A DNA stretch of 64,000 bases, from the NCBI GenBank assembly GCA_951406725.2, contig OX597828.1, forward strand, positions 34,844,001 to 34,908,000, read 5' to 3'. The notes beneath the pieces are model-generated. The model was not told the DNA's origin and did not search any database. It saw only the letters and a program-made list of their open reading frames with translations. This DNA is from Octopus vulgaris (Eukaryota). Both the position numbers and the translations under genes were made by a program. Of this stretch, positions 61,230-64,000 are shown one piece after another (position 1 is the first letter of the stretch; every line of letters starts with the position of its first letter).

Positions 61230-61410
61230 AACATGCTTTCTGTGTTATGTCCCAAGAAGATTTTATATATTTTTATATATTTTTTATGTATTTTTATATA
61301 ATTTTTATGACGGAAAATGCGAGCGATGTATAAGTACGCAGGCAAAGCAGAGTTATAACAGAGTAATTTCCCTTCATTTTTAACGGTATTTTTTCATAAC
61401 GTTTTTCAAA

Positions 61411-61484
61411 TAGCCAGATAACCGAAGAGATGGTGTTGTGGATTTCCACTTCGGCATCTGAAACTCAGAGTTTTATCTTGACTA
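61411..61484 (+). ncRNA. Type I minimal hammerhead ribozyme (variant core) in the PLE 3' region
   Basis: Stem I tagccagataa / ttatcttgacta; core CCGAAGA (cf. CUGANGA); stem II gatg..catc; GAAA; short stem III ctc-a-gag; GUU cleavage triplet. Confidence 0.7.
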
Positions 61485-61574
61485 CCGAGTAATGTAACAT
61501 ATTGTATAGATAAATTTCCTCTATTTACATAATATTGAGGTCTCTTTCTTTCTTTTGTTATCTTACCGTTTTAT

Positions 61575-61631
<57 letters not shown>

Positions 61632-61693
61632 CAAATATACATACAAACATACATATATACATACACACATACATACATACATACATACATACA

Positions 61694-61727
<34 letters not shown>

Positions 61728-61739
61728 CATACATTTATA

Positions 61740-62260
61740 TACGACGGGACTCCTCACTCGTGTCCGTGCGCCAATTTCACTCAAAAAGTGTTGGCGGACA
61801 TGGGGTTATAGTAGGGGACTCTTTCCTGGAGCGTCGCGCAACAGGATTGAACTTGAAACTATGTGGTTGCACGGCGAACGTAGAAGTGGCTGTGTGGTAA
61901 GTAGCTTGCTTACCAACCACATGGTTCCTGATCCAGTCCTCCATTGCACGACCCCTTGGGTAAGTGTCTTTTACTATAACAACGGGCCGACCAAAGCCTT
62001 GTGAGTGGATTTGGTAGACTGAAACCGAAAGGAGCCTATCGTATATATATTTGTGTGTCTGTGTTTGTCCTTCCAACATCGTTTGACAACCGATGCTGGT
62101 GCGTTTACGTCCCCGTAACTTAGTGGTTCGGCAAAATTAATCGATAGAATAAGTATTAGGCTTACAAAGAATGAGGCCTGGGGTCGATTTGCTCGACTAA
62201 AGACGGTGCTCCAGCATGGGCACAGACAAATGACTGAAACAAGTAAAAGAAAAGCAAAAA
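61740..62260. mobile_element. SINE family A: minus 5' half (~61740-61870) head-to-head with plus copy (~61882-62260)
   Basis: Match to the family consensus. Confidence 0.8.
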
Positions 62261-62559
62261 AGAAAAAAACTATAGAACATCTATAGCTACGCTACCTAAT
62301 GTGTTCTTCATACATTGGTGTGATTTGAGTGAGATTAGACTGCTAATTCTAGCAACAAATATGGCTGAAACCACCTCAGTGATGCGCTTCGAAAACCTTC
62401 CATCATGCGAAAATTTCCATGCTATCAGAACACGAAAATTCCCTTTAGGTGTGTTTAAAACCTCAGTGAAGCATCTTATATTCTATATAGAAATACCGTA
62501 AGATATAACTCACGTTTCGCAATGCGTTGGAAAGTCTCGATCAACAGAGCTTCCAAGCA

Positions 62560-64000
<1,441 letters not shown>

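Larger units (their letters stand above)
60273..61578 (+). mobile_element. 5'-truncated Penelope-like retroelement (RT thumb + C-terminal GIY-YIG endonuclease + 3' pLTR-like region)
   Basis: One frame runs from FLDVSLDL..YKPYRKPN..YINVGSCHPP (PLE RT end/thumb) through VIWFTPPYS..NIGKYFL.LIDRHFP and the Cys linker CSCRNKELCPLNGAC to GIY-YIG-like IIYEATV..KYVGLTEGNFKARFNNH, CGLC, LNTRTELFGSCPH. The 3' UTR carries a hammerhead. Both ends abut TA-rich repeats. Confidence 0.92.

Overview
AT-rich, microsatellite-saturated eukaryotic DNA that looks intronic or intergenic. The SINE families and repeat content suggest an octopus or other coleoid cephalopod genome (inference from recognition, no search run). 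No complete host gene is visible, and nearly all listed ORFs are translations of simple repeats. Recognisable content: (i) dozens of tRNA-derived SINE copies from several modular families; (ii) 3' fragments of two RTE-type LINEs and one CR1/L2-group LINE; (iii) a 5'-truncated Penelope-like element (PLE) with RT thumb, GIY-YIG endonuclease and a hammerhead ribozyme (HHR) in its 3' region; (iv) a Helitron-type element nested in a Tigger-like MITE; (v) several weak minus-strand exon candidates. The most notable signal is a set of small non-coding elements carrying type I hammerhead motifs. Two have an inverted copy of their own 3' end, several lie in (TA)n tracts, and one is a TSD-bounded element combining a tRNA-like Pol III head with a hammerhead. 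A ~181-bp SINE sub-unit with self-complementary ends also occurs both in tandem and as a solo TSD-flanked insertion.
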